DNA of 52,642 bases from an uncultured Clostridia bacterium. GTDB lineage: Bacteria; Bacillota; Clostridia; Christensenellales; UBA1242. The stretch lies in contig CALVNK010000001.1 in NCBI GenBank assembly GCA_944349615.1, forward strand, positions 1 through 52,642. The letters are read 5' to 3'. A model generated the notes under the pieces. The model did no database searches. It saw only the letters and a list, made by a program, of their open reading frames with translations, and was not told where the DNA came from. Positions within the stretch are counted from its first letter, which is position 1. Every line of letters begins with the position of its first letter. This document shows positions 19,501 to 28,078 of the stretch, piece by piece. Position numbers and translations under genes: made by a program.

Positions 19501-19903
19501 GTTGAGCGAGATTGCCTTTGTCATGCATGAAGGATATGCACAGCTTATCGATGCAGATCTATTATATAAAAATATTGCACGCGTTAAGGATGTCCTAAAA
19601 GGGCAAAAGCCTCAAAAAGAGAAACAATTTATTATGAATTGCACGCTAAAAGAAATCGGCGTAAAAGATATAGATGAAAAGGTGATTGTCCAAGGAATTA
19701 TCGATTTATTTTCACTTGGCGAGAATAATATTTTAATAGACTTTAAATATACATCCACTTTTGATGAAGAAAAAATTGTAGAAAGATATATTCAGCAAAT
19801 CAAACTATATCGCATGGCTCTAGTTAAGGCATATGATATCAAAATCGATAAATGCTATATTCTTTCGCTAAAAAATGCAAATTTAATTAAGGTTGATTTA
19901 TAG
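16541..19903 (+). CDS. addA: helicase-exonuclease AddAB, subunit A (UvrD/Rep SF1 helicase + RecB nuclease)
   Basis: SASAGSGKT Walker A, FIDEYQDTNP, TIHATKGLEF, VALTR, and C-terminal nuclease GIIDLF...LIDFKYT. Confidence 0.85.
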   Translation: MMKPTDEQLKILSSDKKNMIVSASAGSGKTFVVIEYLLMLITQRHVPLNQILVLTFTKAAANEMRTRALKAIQASPKSEFMTRQLDEIYTSDISTIDSFCEKLIRRNIDKLNISEGFSVIDENVASSLKAKAFAKTIEKVADEEYFDQIYFTFKRNKDEIFALLSSMQSYLDSQDDSEELLDNVEQNILENSKKAEDYIIERIKGLQAKANKSLENIFEVDEKYSDFYMQLLNISKIEIDGDFCKICKVWNDIVMPSLPRFKTDKESDKEKMKKARDYLSQIKGITQNYLDLDKEKYDQLINNQIAKNVIKMYRVYYAFYQKLKEERDGIDFADIEKITRQLLQDEGILKQLQDKYKYIFIDEYQDTNPLQEAIIKPIAEKGAFIAVGDQKQGIYGFRNASMEIMQKDIENFTIDDDSVALNLTGNFRSDGRVLEFINSIFEKVMTKESMGIDYKNTSMLKGMKNFEKVSLPSVNVDLVAKDTQKRENLESIYDIEKDLGINLSKNKREVDTILARIDELLNSEIYDGKLERMRKVNQSDIVVLFRSRGSIMNECYYALIEKGFSAVANAKLYLLDDYHIRVVQSLLSLALNFKNDIALASVLNSQFGQITLEQLLHIKGQEKFLYEAVQKSDNEKVIKFLADFEKLKFDMQIFGINKALRLYFEKTSYYAYINSLADSQSRRANLEKFLNVILSSGNDFNLPRFLSYLDDNKIPCTMAENSVDAITLTTIHATKGLEFPIVILAGAGESLAGQNMHGFNFNSTFGLGTSMVDLESNIKYLSPIYIANNLYKKRKEFIDEIMIFYVALTRTQNHLYIIGQAQEKDIEFTSDIFDRKNYLEIILNALGENFTSQVFSQGQVETENYRFSVIDEDMQYIHEQKNIANDKKIESFDEEIQQYINFYYPNSEICKLPFKNSVTALLNLNKDYSASEKEYILNNIDDFGIGQVTNVIKVSREDRIKQGLAYHEALKLLDFDKISCALDCQRQLSEIAFVMHEGYAQLIDADLLYKNIARVKDVLKGQKPQKEKQFIMNCTLKEIGVKDIDEKVIVQGIIDLFSLGENNILIDFKYTSTFDEEKIVERYIQQIKLYRMALVKAYDIKIDKCYILSLKNANLIKVDL

Positions 19904-19992
19904 TCAATTGCTCATTTGTAAAAATCGGTCAATTTTTCTATTTAAGAAACATACTTCTTGCTTAATACTTATTTTAAAGCAGTAAAATTATT

Positions 19993-20079
19993 AAAAAATA
20001 ACTAAAAAAAATTATCAAAAAAATAGTAAAAAAAATAATTAAAAAATAGTCAAAAAAAATAAAAAAATATTAGTAAAAA
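19993..20079. repeat. degenerate about 12-nt periodic A-tract repeat upstream of the AT-hook protein gene
   Basis: A5-8 tracts start at 19993, 20004, 20017, 20028, 20041, 20052, 20061 and 20075 (unit roughly AAAAAAATARTM). Confidence 0.5.
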
Positions 20080-20124
20080 TTTTTTTAATGTGTTATACTA
20101 ACCTTAAGTTAAAAGGAGTTTGAT

Positions 20125-22563
20125 ATGTTTTCGCTAATAAATACTATCGATTCTTCACTTAGGGTATTTTTCAATCAGCTTACCGAAGCACTTGGCTTTG
20201 GTGGCTATCTTGGAATTATTCTTGGTGTTGAAGCATTATTTATCTTGCTTTTTGTCATAAAGACAGTTTTTTCTTATGAAGCAAGACTTAAAAGAAGCCT
20301 TGATAAATCGAATAAATGGCTTTTTAAATACAAAAAAATTGACACAAATAATATAAAAGATTTTAACAATGTTATAAAATCAGGACCCAAAAGATTAGTA
20401 TATTATTGGCAACAATTTATTCTCTATCGTGATGGCGGGCCAAGTGCCTATATGACAGAGGAAAATGTAATAGAAAAACCACTCAAAACGAGCAGTTGGC
20501 TTAACAATATTCGCAACCTTATGATGCTTACAGGAGTGTGGGCAATAATTGCATTCTTGTTTGGTATTGCATCTCAAGCAGGACAAACTCTCACTTTCCA
20601 ATCAATTGCAGTTACTCTTTTCTTTCCTTGCATAGTCCTTGTAACAGGGGCGATTGCGATTATAATTTTGAAAGGTAAACGTGTATTAAATCTTGATGAT
20701 ATATATCACTTATTCCATATCTTCTCAAGATTTGTAACAAACGCATGTGTTGATCTTCCTCCATATATTGACTTTGACCTGCTATTCACTGCTAAAGAAA
20801 TTGAAAATGGCAATGCTCAACTTCGTGAATACTATGAAGCGCGTGCAAGAAAAGCTAAGGAAGAATTTGAAAAGGCAAAAGTATCAGAAGAGGAAACTAA
20901 ACAATTTGATTTTGGCGATGTTGGCGTTGAAGGCACACTTCTTCTCAACCGTGCAATGAAAGAAAGCGGAACATATCTAAATAAACAAAACCAGGCACTT
21001 TCTCAAATTGCTCAAATTGAAGGGCAGAAAGATGCTTTAAAGCGTAACTTTGAAAATGTCCAGATGGACTTGCAACGAAAAATACAAGCTGCTAAGGAAA
21101 ATATACAAAAACTTATTGAACAACAGGCTGCGACAACAAGCCGTATTGATATAGGCTTACTTAGACAACAACAGGATAAGGAAGCCAAGAAAAAAGCGCA
21201 ACTCGAACTTGACTATGAACATGAAGAGCAACGCTATAACTCATCAAAGAAAGAACTTGATGACGATATTGCAGAGCTTAATAAGATCCTTGATCAAAGC
21301 TTGCAAGACGCACAGAAAGGTATGGCGAGCGAATATAAAACCTTCTTTGAAAAGGTTATGCAAAGTGCATACAAGTCGGCTGCTAATAAAGTTAAGGAAG
21401 AAAAACAAACGCTTATTGATGAGCGAGATAAGAATGAGCAAGAACTTATCAATGTTCAAACACAAATTAAGCGCTTAATGGACGAAAATGCAACTTTAAG
21501 AGAAAAATTAGAGAAAATAGAGCCTGATTATAAAGCGCAAGACTCGACTCAAAACAATGGTCACTATGACGAAAACGGAAACTACATCTATGAAGATGGT
21601 TCATATCATGATAAGGATGGAAATTTCCATGACACAAATGGTGATATATATGACATGAACGGTGTACTCGTTTATTCTCACGCGCAGAAGATCGCCGAAG
21701 AAGAAGCCAAGGTTAAGGAAATAGAAAATAGTCAAAAGACCGATTTTGGCGCTTATCTTGACGACCAAGGCAATGTTGTAAGCATCGTGCAAGAAAGCGA
21801 AGATCAAACTTCACAGCAACCTGAAAATGAAAAGGTTGAAGAAAATAAAGAGGGTGAAGAAACAAAAGAAAATGTTGATGCTAAAGCCGATGACGAGAAG
21901 GATTTAGCGCAAGATACACTTTCAGAGCAAGAGAAAACAGCTCAAACAACTGACGAGCCACTGACTGAGCAGGCTGAAGTTGCTACTGAGCAACCTAAAG
22001 AAGAAAACGCTACACAAGAAGAAAAAACGCCTATGAAGCGCGGCCGACCACGAAAGATCGCCACGGAAAAAGCGGAAGATGAGCAGAACGCTTCAGCACA
22101 GACAGTGCCTAAGAAACGCGGTAGACCTAGAAAGGAAGTGAGCGACGAACCAGCAGAAGAAAACACATCTCAAACTCCAAAGAAACGTGGCAGACCAAGA
22201 AAGACAACTTCAGATTCTCAAGAAGATAAAAAAAATCAAGATACACAACCAAAAAAGCGTGGCAGACCTAGAAAACAAACAGATGAAGGCAATGTCAGCG
22301 ATATCAATGAAATGATTATGAAAATGGAAGAAAAGTTGAGCGATATTCAAAATAAACTCAACTCAACTCTTGACCAAGCATTTCAGGATAAGTCAAGCGA
22401 TAGTCAGGACAAAGATAATCTTTTAAAGGAAGTGGAAGACTTGCAAATTCAAGCACAAAAAGCAAAGGAAAGCGGAAGTGAAGAAGAACTTGCCGAAGTA
22501 AATAAAAAACTTGAAAATGCAATTTCCTCACTCTCGGCGCTCAATTCAGATGATAATAAATAA
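20125..22563 (+). CDS. membrane-anchored coiled-coil protein with four C-terminal AT-hook (KRGRPRK) repeats
   Basis: Strong SD (AAAAGGAG). N-terminal TM helices, long heptad-rich E/K/Q region, D-x-[ND]-G-x-[YF] mini-repeats, and four K(K/R)GRPRK repeats at nt 22036-22275. Confidence 0.6.
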   Translation: MFSLINTIDSSLRVFFNQLTEALGFGGYLGIILGVEALFILLFVIKTVFSYEARLKRSLDKSNKWLFKYKKIDTNNIKDFNNVIKSGPKRLVYYWQQFILYRDGGPSAYMTEENVIEKPLKTSSWLNNIRNLMMLTGVWAIIAFLFGIASQAGQTLTFQSIAVTLFFPCIVLVTGAIAIIILKGKRVLNLDDIYHLFHIFSRFVTNACVDLPPYIDFDLLFTAKEIENGNAQLREYYEARARKAKEEFEKAKVSEEETKQFDFGDVGVEGTLLLNRAMKESGTYLNKQNQALSQIAQIEGQKDALKRNFENVQMDLQRKIQAAKENIQKLIEQQAATTSRIDIGLLRQQQDKEAKKKAQLELDYEHEEQRYNSSKKELDDDIAELNKILDQSLQDAQKGMASEYKTFFEKVMQSAYKSAANKVKEEKQTLIDERDKNEQELINVQTQIKRLMDENATLREKLEKIEPDYKAQDSTQNNGHYDENGNYIYEDGSYHDKDGNFHDTNGDIYDMNGVLVYSHAQKIAEEEAKVKEIENSQKTDFGAYLDDQGNVVSIVQESEDQTSQQPENEKVEENKEGEETKENVDAKADDEKDLAQDTLSEQEKTAQTTDEPLTEQAEVATEQPKEENATQEEKTPMKRGRPRKIATEKAEDEQNASAQTVPKKRGRPRKEVSDEPAEENTSQTPKKRGRPRKTTSDSQEDKKNQDTQPKKRGRPRKQTDEGNVSDINEMIMKMEEKLSDIQNKLNSTLDQAFQDKSSDSQDKDNLLKEVEDLQIQAQKAKESGSEEELAEVNKKLENAISSLSALNSDDNK

Positions 22564-22597
22564 TTTTATTATATATCTAAAGGTTTAATAATCAAAA

Positions 22598-22647
22598 AAT
22601 GCTTAAAGCGAAAAAATCATTAAAATGGCTTTAAGCATTTTTTTATT
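22598..22647 (+). terminator. rho-independent terminator
   Basis: 12-bp stem AATGCTTAAAGC / GCTTTAAGCATT with an 18-nt loop, then a T7 run. Confidence 0.6.
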
Positions 22648-22846
22648 TTTTTTCTATATAAAATTAAGCATTTTTATACAAAAAAACATATTTGTTTTTA
22701 TCTTAGCGATATTTCGTTTTTAAATTGTTGTCATATCTTAGCAAATTTTGTTTTTAAATACAAATTTTGTCTTTTTTTGTCCTTTTTTGTTTTATATAAA
22801 TATTTTTAAATTGCGGTGACAAATTAATAGAAAAGGAGAAGAAAAC

Positions 22847-24430
22847 ATGAAAAAATTAATCGTTTCCGCGCTCGCGCTTACTATGCTGACAAGTGGATTT
22901 GGAATTGCGAAAATGAATTTGCCACAAGAAAAATATAATTATCAAAATGCTCTCGCTTGCTACCAACAATCCATGAAAGAGAGTAATCATGAAGATGGCA
23001 TTGAGAAAATGGTAGATACTATTTTTAAAGATACAAAGAAGGAAGAAAATGAAAGTCATTTAAAGGAAGTGCAAATATCTTCTTCGTTAGACAATGACAC
23101 GTCTGTTTGCAATACAAATGAAGATATGGTGAAAGAAAAAGCACAAGATGACAAGAAGAATGCTGGTGATTTAGAAGACAATCAAATTTCTGAAACTTTG
23201 AATCTTTTTGATAACGAAAGCAAGCAGGATCTAAAAGATAATGCTAGCGACAATGATAATGTAAAAGTAATTTCAAAGTTAGAAGAAGATAACAGCGAAA
23301 AAGTCAAAAATGTGGATGAAGAAGAAAGGGCAGTTGATACTAAAAATGCAGATCAAATTGAAATGATAGAAAATATCAATGATACCTTGACTCAAGATCA
23401 AAACGAGGAAAGCGAAAACTCTAGTAATAAAATTGACGAGCAAGTCAAAGACAAAGAAAATGTTTCGGATGAAGAAGACAAAAAGTCTTTTAAAGATCTT
23501 TTAGAAAAATTTAAAAAACATTCGCCCAAGAAAGTAGAGAATGCCTTTAGAGAGAAAGTTAAGCCTAGAAAAAAGGAAAAACTTCTTCCATTTGCACAAA
23601 ATCTATCACTTTTCGCAAATGCAGATGAAGGAGAAATAAGTAGTCCTAATAATGAAATAAACAAATCATCTGATAGCAACAAAAATATAGAAAAAGCGCA
23701 AAAAGAGAATGGTGCTTTAAATGCTGAAAGCAATGGCAGGGCAAACACAACCACTCAAAATCAAAATGCAAATATATCGCTAAGCGACAATGCAAGGAAT
23801 TCTTCTTCAAGCACCTCAACGGTAGCAGATGAAAGTCAGCAAAATTATTGTGTAACAGTGATAGGCAATGCCACTAGCTCTATGAAACCAGACAAAGCCT
23901 ATGTAACTGTACAAATCGAAACATTAGACAGTGATATGAAAAAATCTAAAGATGACAACTTTGCTCTCTTTGATAAGATAACAGGTGTATTAAAAGAAAA
24001 CGGTTTAAATGATAGTGATATTGTTTTTGATAGTTTTTATTCTTATCCAAGCTATGATTATAGCGGAATAAGGACGCTTAATGGCTATTATTGTCAAACT
24101 ACAATGACCTTTGCAGTAAGCAATCTTGAAAACTTGCAAAATTTAATTTCGGTTGTGTCTGAAAATGGGATTACCAAAGTTAGCAATATTAGATATGAGA
24201 TATCAACCAAAGATCAAGTCTATTCTGATGTCATGCTCAAAGCTCTTGAAAATGCAAGAGAAAAAGCAAAGATCTTGACTGGGAAAGAAGATGTTTCTAT
24301 CAAAAGTATAAAGGAAGAATCTGTTTATTCATCATCATGCCTTTATAAAAATTATTATGAGGGTGCAAACATTGCAGATTTCCTTGGAGATATTGAAGTT
24401 GAAGCCCGCGTAGTTGTGGAATTTGAATAG
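22847..24430 (+). CDS. secreted/lipid-anchored SIMPL (DUF541) domain protein with a long acidic low-complexity linker
   Basis: Signal-peptide-like N-terminus (MKKLIVSALALTMLTSG). C-terminal about 200 aa follow the SIMPL pattern (VIGNATSSMKPDKAYVTVQIE...). Confidence 0.6.
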   Translation: MKKLIVSALALTMLTSGFGIAKMNLPQEKYNYQNALACYQQSMKESNHEDGIEKMVDTIFKDTKKEENESHLKEVQISSSLDNDTSVCNTNEDMVKEKAQDDKKNAGDLEDNQISETLNLFDNESKQDLKDNASDNDNVKVISKLEEDNSEKVKNVDEEERAVDTKNADQIEMIENINDTLTQDQNEESENSSNKIDEQVKDKENVSDEEDKKSFKDLLEKFKKHSPKKVENAFREKVKPRKKEKLLPFAQNLSLFANADEGEISSPNNEINKSSDSNKNIEKAQKENGALNAESNGRANTTTQNQNANISLSDNARNSSSSTSTVADESQQNYCVTVIGNATSSMKPDKAYVTVQIETLDSDMKKSKDDNFALFDKITGVLKENGLNDSDIVFDSFYSYPSYDYSGIRTLNGYYCQTTMTFAVSNLENLQNLISVVSENGITKVSNIRYEISTKDQVYSDVMLKALENAREKAKILTGKEDVSIKSIKEESVYSSSCLYKNYYEGANIADFLGDIEVEARVVVEFE

Positions 24431-24583
24431 ACTCAAAGCCTACTAAATAGCCGAGTATAACGACGTAACTTTAATAATCATCAATTGTTAATTTATGTTT
24501 TTTATAAATGGTGGATTAAATTAGTATATATTTAAAATTATAATTATATAAATTAAAAATTATAGCAAATTTTTCAACAAAAA

Positions 24584-24609
24584 AATCAAGGGATTAGACC
24601 TTGATTTTT
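24584..24609. terminator. bidirectional terminator between convergent genes
   Basis: AATCAAGG-GATTAGA-CCTTGATT flanked by an A-run and a T-run. Confidence 0.6.
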
Positions 24610-24624
24610 ATAAATTTATATTAA

Positions 24625-25215
24625 CTACTCTTTTTCTTGAATTTGATCGAAGATTTGATCTAATTGATAATTTAATCCATCAATTTGCTTATTAAGAGAA
24701 TAGCCTTTTTCTTCCGCCATCTTACTAAGATCATTTTCTGTTTTAGCTACAATTTTCACAGCATTAAGCATTCTTGCCAAAATACCATATTGTTTTTCTA
24801 AAGATAAATCTTGAAAAGCAAGCAATTTTTCAGCGCCGATTTTATCGATACCTTCTTGACCTAAATATAAATATAAATCAGAATGTTCTCTTTCTGGCAA
24901 ATTCTTGCCTTGCGCTTCATCTTTTGTTATTGTACCTGAAAAGAATGCAACATCAGGATCGAGTAGGGTATTTGAAGCAACATCAATGGCTACAAACCAA
25001 TTTTGTAGGATTTCGCCAATAACATCACTGTATTTTTCCATATCATTACCGCGCTTTATACAAAGATCAATATTGTCAAGGATGACTTTTGCTTTTTGAC
25101 TATATATACTCTGTTGATTCAGCGAAAGTTTATTAAAATCGCCATCCTTAACATCAAGACCATATAGCCAACCAGCCACCATTTTTTGCAGTTGTTGTTT
25201 GTTTAATTTCGTCAT
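24625..25215 (-). CDS. hypothetical helical protein, paralog A of 25355-25960
   Basis: SD GGGAGGAAAATT before the ATG. Central about 90 aa are almost identical to the neighbouring paralog. No family recognised. Confidence 0.6.
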   Translation of the reverse strand: MTKLNKQQLQKMVAGWLYGLDVKDGDFNKLSLNQQSIYSQKAKVILDNIDLCIKRGNDMEKYSDVIGEILQNWFVAIDVASNTLLDPDVAFFSGTITKDEAQGKNLPEREHSDLYLYLGQEGIDKIGAEKLLAFQDLSLEKQYGILARMLNAVKIVAKTENDLSKMAEEKGYSLNKQIDGLNYQLDQIFDQIQEKE

Positions 25216-25320
25216 AATTTTCCTCCCATGTTATGGATAGTATAGTACATTTGTATTATAAAATCAATATTTTATTTAAAAAATAACAATAAAACTCACA
25301 GCAACTAATTACTAACAAAA

Positions 25321-25346
25321 AATCAAGGTTCGAAGCCTTGATTTTT
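25321..25346 (-). terminator. rho-independent terminator
   Basis: AATCAAGG / CCTTGATT stem with a T-run on the minus strand. Same stem sequence as the 24584 terminator. Confidence 0.6.
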
Positions 25347-25354
25347 CTAAAAAG

Positions 25355-25960
25355 TTATTCTTTATCTTGTCCTTTTTCAAATCGTTCTTTTAGTTTATTA
25401 AGTTCGTTATTTAGTCCTTTTAGTTGATCCTCTAGTGAATAACCTTTTTCTTCTGCCTTTTTACTAAGATCATTTTCTGTGCTGGCTACTAGTGTTACAG
25501 CTTTACGCATATTTTGTAAAATTTCATATTGTTTCTCTAAAGGCAAATCTTTATAAGCAAGCAATTTTTCAGCGCCGATTTTATCGATACCTTCTTGACC
25601 TAAATATAAATATAGATCAGAATGTTCTCTTTCTGGCAAATTCTTGCCTTGTGCTTCATCTTTTGTTATTGTTCCTGAAAATAGTGCCACCTCAGGACTG
25701 AGCAGTGAATTTGAAGCAACATCAATGGCTACAAACCAATTTTGTAGGATTTCGCCAATAACATCGCTGTATTTTTCCATATCATTACCGCGCTTTATAC
25801 AAAGATCAATATTATTAAGGATGACCTTGGCTTTTTCTTTATATATCATTTGTTGAGATAGTGGAAGATTTGCAAACTTCTTAAGGTGCTGTTCATCAGC
25901 ACAAAGCCACTCAGCCACTGAATTTTGAAGTTCTTGTTCGTTAAATTTCATTTTTTCCAT
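25355..25960 (-). CDS. hypothetical helical protein, paralog B
   Basis: The track ORF starts at 25975, overlapping the upstream stop as ATGA. However, GAGGAG sits 7 nt before the ATG at 25960, and that start aligns with paralog A (MEKMKFNEQELQ vs MTKLNKQQLQ). Confidence 0.6.
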   Translation of the reverse strand: MEKMKFNEQELQNSVAEWLCADEQHLKKFANLPLSQQMIYKEKAKVILNNIDLCIKRGNDMEKYSDVIGEILQNWFVAIDVASNSLLSPEVALFSGTITKDEAQGKNLPEREHSDLYLYLGQEGIDKIGAEKLLAYKDLPLEKQYEILQNMRKAVTLVASTENDLSKKAEEKGYSLEDQLKGLNNELNKLKERFEKGQDKE

Positions 25961-25971
25961 AATTTTACTCC

Positions 25972-27498
25972 TCATAATTCTTGAATATTGTTATTTTCAA
26001 TATCATCTAAACTTAAAATATAATCTTCAAGTGTTTGATAACGCACGCCAAATTTATCTTGATTGACTGAATATATATCGTCAGGGCTAACTAGGTTGTA
26101 AACTTCCATTTTACCATCTTTTTCATTTGCTATGGTTGGAATTACCTTTGATACATATGTGTCTTCTTGGTCATTAACTTTTACATAGCGATTTTTAAAT
26201 TCTTGCTCGCTAACACCATAGGGTTTAGATACTCCGTCAATATCTTGAACAAGGAAATCGCCTTTTTTAAGGTAAATAACGCCATCTTGTGTTTCATATA
26301 ATCCGTCTTTCTGAATTATTGTTGCTTTGATTTGAGTAGGGCGCTTGATATAAATATCTTTAAAATCAAAATTTTTATCGTGAACCTTATAGAAATTTTG
26401 CAAGAATTTTACTAAGTCTTGTTTTGTTTGTGCTTTTTCACTTGTTGAAATCAATCCCTTTTTGAATTTTGCAAGTTCTCTTTCATTGATTTTAAGTGTA
26501 AATCTTTTTACTACCTCATCTATAAAGTCATCTATCTTTTTTCTCAACTCGTCATTTTCTCTATCATATAGACTTTTATTAGAAGAAAGTTCATAAGTAT
26601 TAAGTCCATTTCTTTCATCCAACACGCCTTCTTTTGTGACATCATTTGGTATTATCATTAATTGAGCAAGACCAATATTTGTGCTAGCGAGAGAAGTCTC
26701 TATTTGAATAAAAGGACTTGTTGATCCATTGCCTTTATTGAAAGCAAGAGAAAGAATTCCATCGCTTTGTTTCAATGCTGTAGATATATCTTTTATCAAG
26801 TGATTACTACCTTCAGTTATATTTCTTATATTTATTGCTTTAATACCTTGATAGTTGATATACTGAATAATTTCACGCATTAATTGTTGATCTTCTATCT
26901 TATCATAAGGATAAGCAACGCTCAAAAAGATTTGTGGTTTATTTTTTAATGAAACATGAGATAAATTTTCTTCAAGCATAGATATGGCGTCAATTCCCTC
27001 TATAACATTATATGAATTTTCAAATTCATACTTCTGTATGCCATAGATATCATTGGCATCGATTGCAACCAAAACACCGCCAGCTTTTATATATTGAAGT
27101 TCACCCCAACTTGTTTTAATAGCAACATTTTGTTCCAGTCTAATCATTGGTCTGTATTTGCCACTTGGCTTGAGTTCTTCACCTTCCTTATAGTCATTTG
27201 GAACTTCATAAAGGTTGTTAAATTTTGAATCACTTACAATCTGTTCTTCACCAGTTGCTTGTGTTACTATCCAGTCTGGCTTTCCAGTTGCGGTATCGTA
27301 GGATACCACATTGTGTGTTTCAAAATGATTATTTTTCATAATTGTTGACACTATTTCGCCGACATAGCCTAGTCTTGCTTTAATATTTGCATATTTTGAA
27401 CCAACTAATGCTTTTTCTGTATTTTGTAAAATGAATTGTTTTGGATTGTCGAGCATTAGATATTTTACATTATCTTTTACTACATATTGAACATTCAT
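25972..27498 (-). CDS. hypothetical 508-aa protein: central TIR-like (flavodoxin-fold) motif pattern flanked by two copies of a short beta-rich motif
   Basis: aa 188-270, IFLSVAYPYDK...QGIKAINIRNITEGSNHLIKDISTALKQSDGILSLAF...GSTSPFIQIETSLA, follows the bacterial TIR pattern (F-I-S, G-I-x-V/I, G-x-x-x-x-x-x-I, S-D-x-x-I/L, S-x-W/F-x-x-x-E). The motif G-[GD]-x-LV-x-D-x(4-6)-YG-[IV]-x(3)-EF-x-N-x-Y occurs at aa 139-163 and near aa 410-440. Confidence 0.35.
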   Translation of the reverse strand: MNVQYVVKDNVKYLMLDNPKQFILQNTEKALVGSKYANIKARLGYVGEIVSTIMKNNHFETHNVVSYDTATGKPDWIVTQATGEEQIVSDSKFNNLYEVPNDYKEGEELKPSGKYRPMIRLEQNVAIKTSWGELQYIKAGGVLVAIDANDIYGIQKYEFENSYNVIEGIDAISMLEENLSHVSLKNKPQIFLSVAYPYDKIEDQQLMREIIQYINYQGIKAINIRNITEGSNHLIKDISTALKQSDGILSLAFNKGNGSTSPFIQIETSLASTNIGLAQLMIIPNDVTKEGVLDERNGLNTYELSSNKSLYDRENDELRKKIDDFIDEVVKRFTLKINERELAKFKKGLISTSEKAQTKQDLVKFLQNFYKVHDKNFDFKDIYIKRPTQIKATIIQKDGLYETQDGVIYLKKGDFLVQDIDGVSKPYGVSEQEFKNRYVKVNDQEDTYVSKVIPTIANEKDGKMEVYNLVSPDDIYSVNQDKFGVRYQTLEDYILSLDDIENNNIQEL

Positions 27499-28078
27499 TT
27501 TTTCCTCCTAAAGAAATATTAGCATAAAACTATTAGATTTGCAATACAAAAAATTATTTTTTTTGAAATCATAAAAAAATGAATCCATTTCAAATATCAT
27601 CAAAAATCAATTTAATATATTTGCTAAAAATTTATCAATATTAAATTTGAGTTTCTTGATATAAATAATAATTTAGATATTAATATAAATAACGTATTTT
27701 ATTATTTATTCAGATTTAAGAGTAAAAATAAAATTCACTGAAAAAAACTTACATTACTTTAAAAAAAATTCTATAAATGGTTACAAACGATGTCGACAAT
27801 ATTTCTTAAATTGTTCGGATTTTTTTCGGTGTCTAAAATATCTAATTTAAAGTTTCAGTATATATATTGGGCGATGCAACAGATTTTTAGTCATGCAATT
27901 ATGTACAAACCGCGTCTAGCAAAAATAACAAAGCACATAAAATAGTTTTAATAGTTATTTTTATTTTAAATACATTTTCATTAATTAAAATAATCAATTT
28001 AATTTATAATAATAAAAATTTAATAAAAAAATGACTAATTATTACAAAATTTATCAAATCAGTCATTTTTAATCAGCT

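Larger units (their letters stand above)
24584..25960 (-). repeat. tandem gene duplication (gene + terminator) with a near-identical central block
   Basis: Nt 24822-25078 align to 25561-25817 (offset 739) with about 15 differences, most of them in one 35-nt patch. Flanking coding sequence is strongly diverged. Both copies end in terminators with the same ATCAAGG/CCTTGAT stem. Confidence 0.8.

Noticed and set aside
27790-27945. 51-aa plus-strand ORF (MSTIFLKLFGFF...) in the 580-nt spacer between two minus-strand genes.
   Set aside because: No convincing SD or promoter, and it lies in a region expected to hold the promoter of the 508-aa gene. Cannot be supported from sequence alone.
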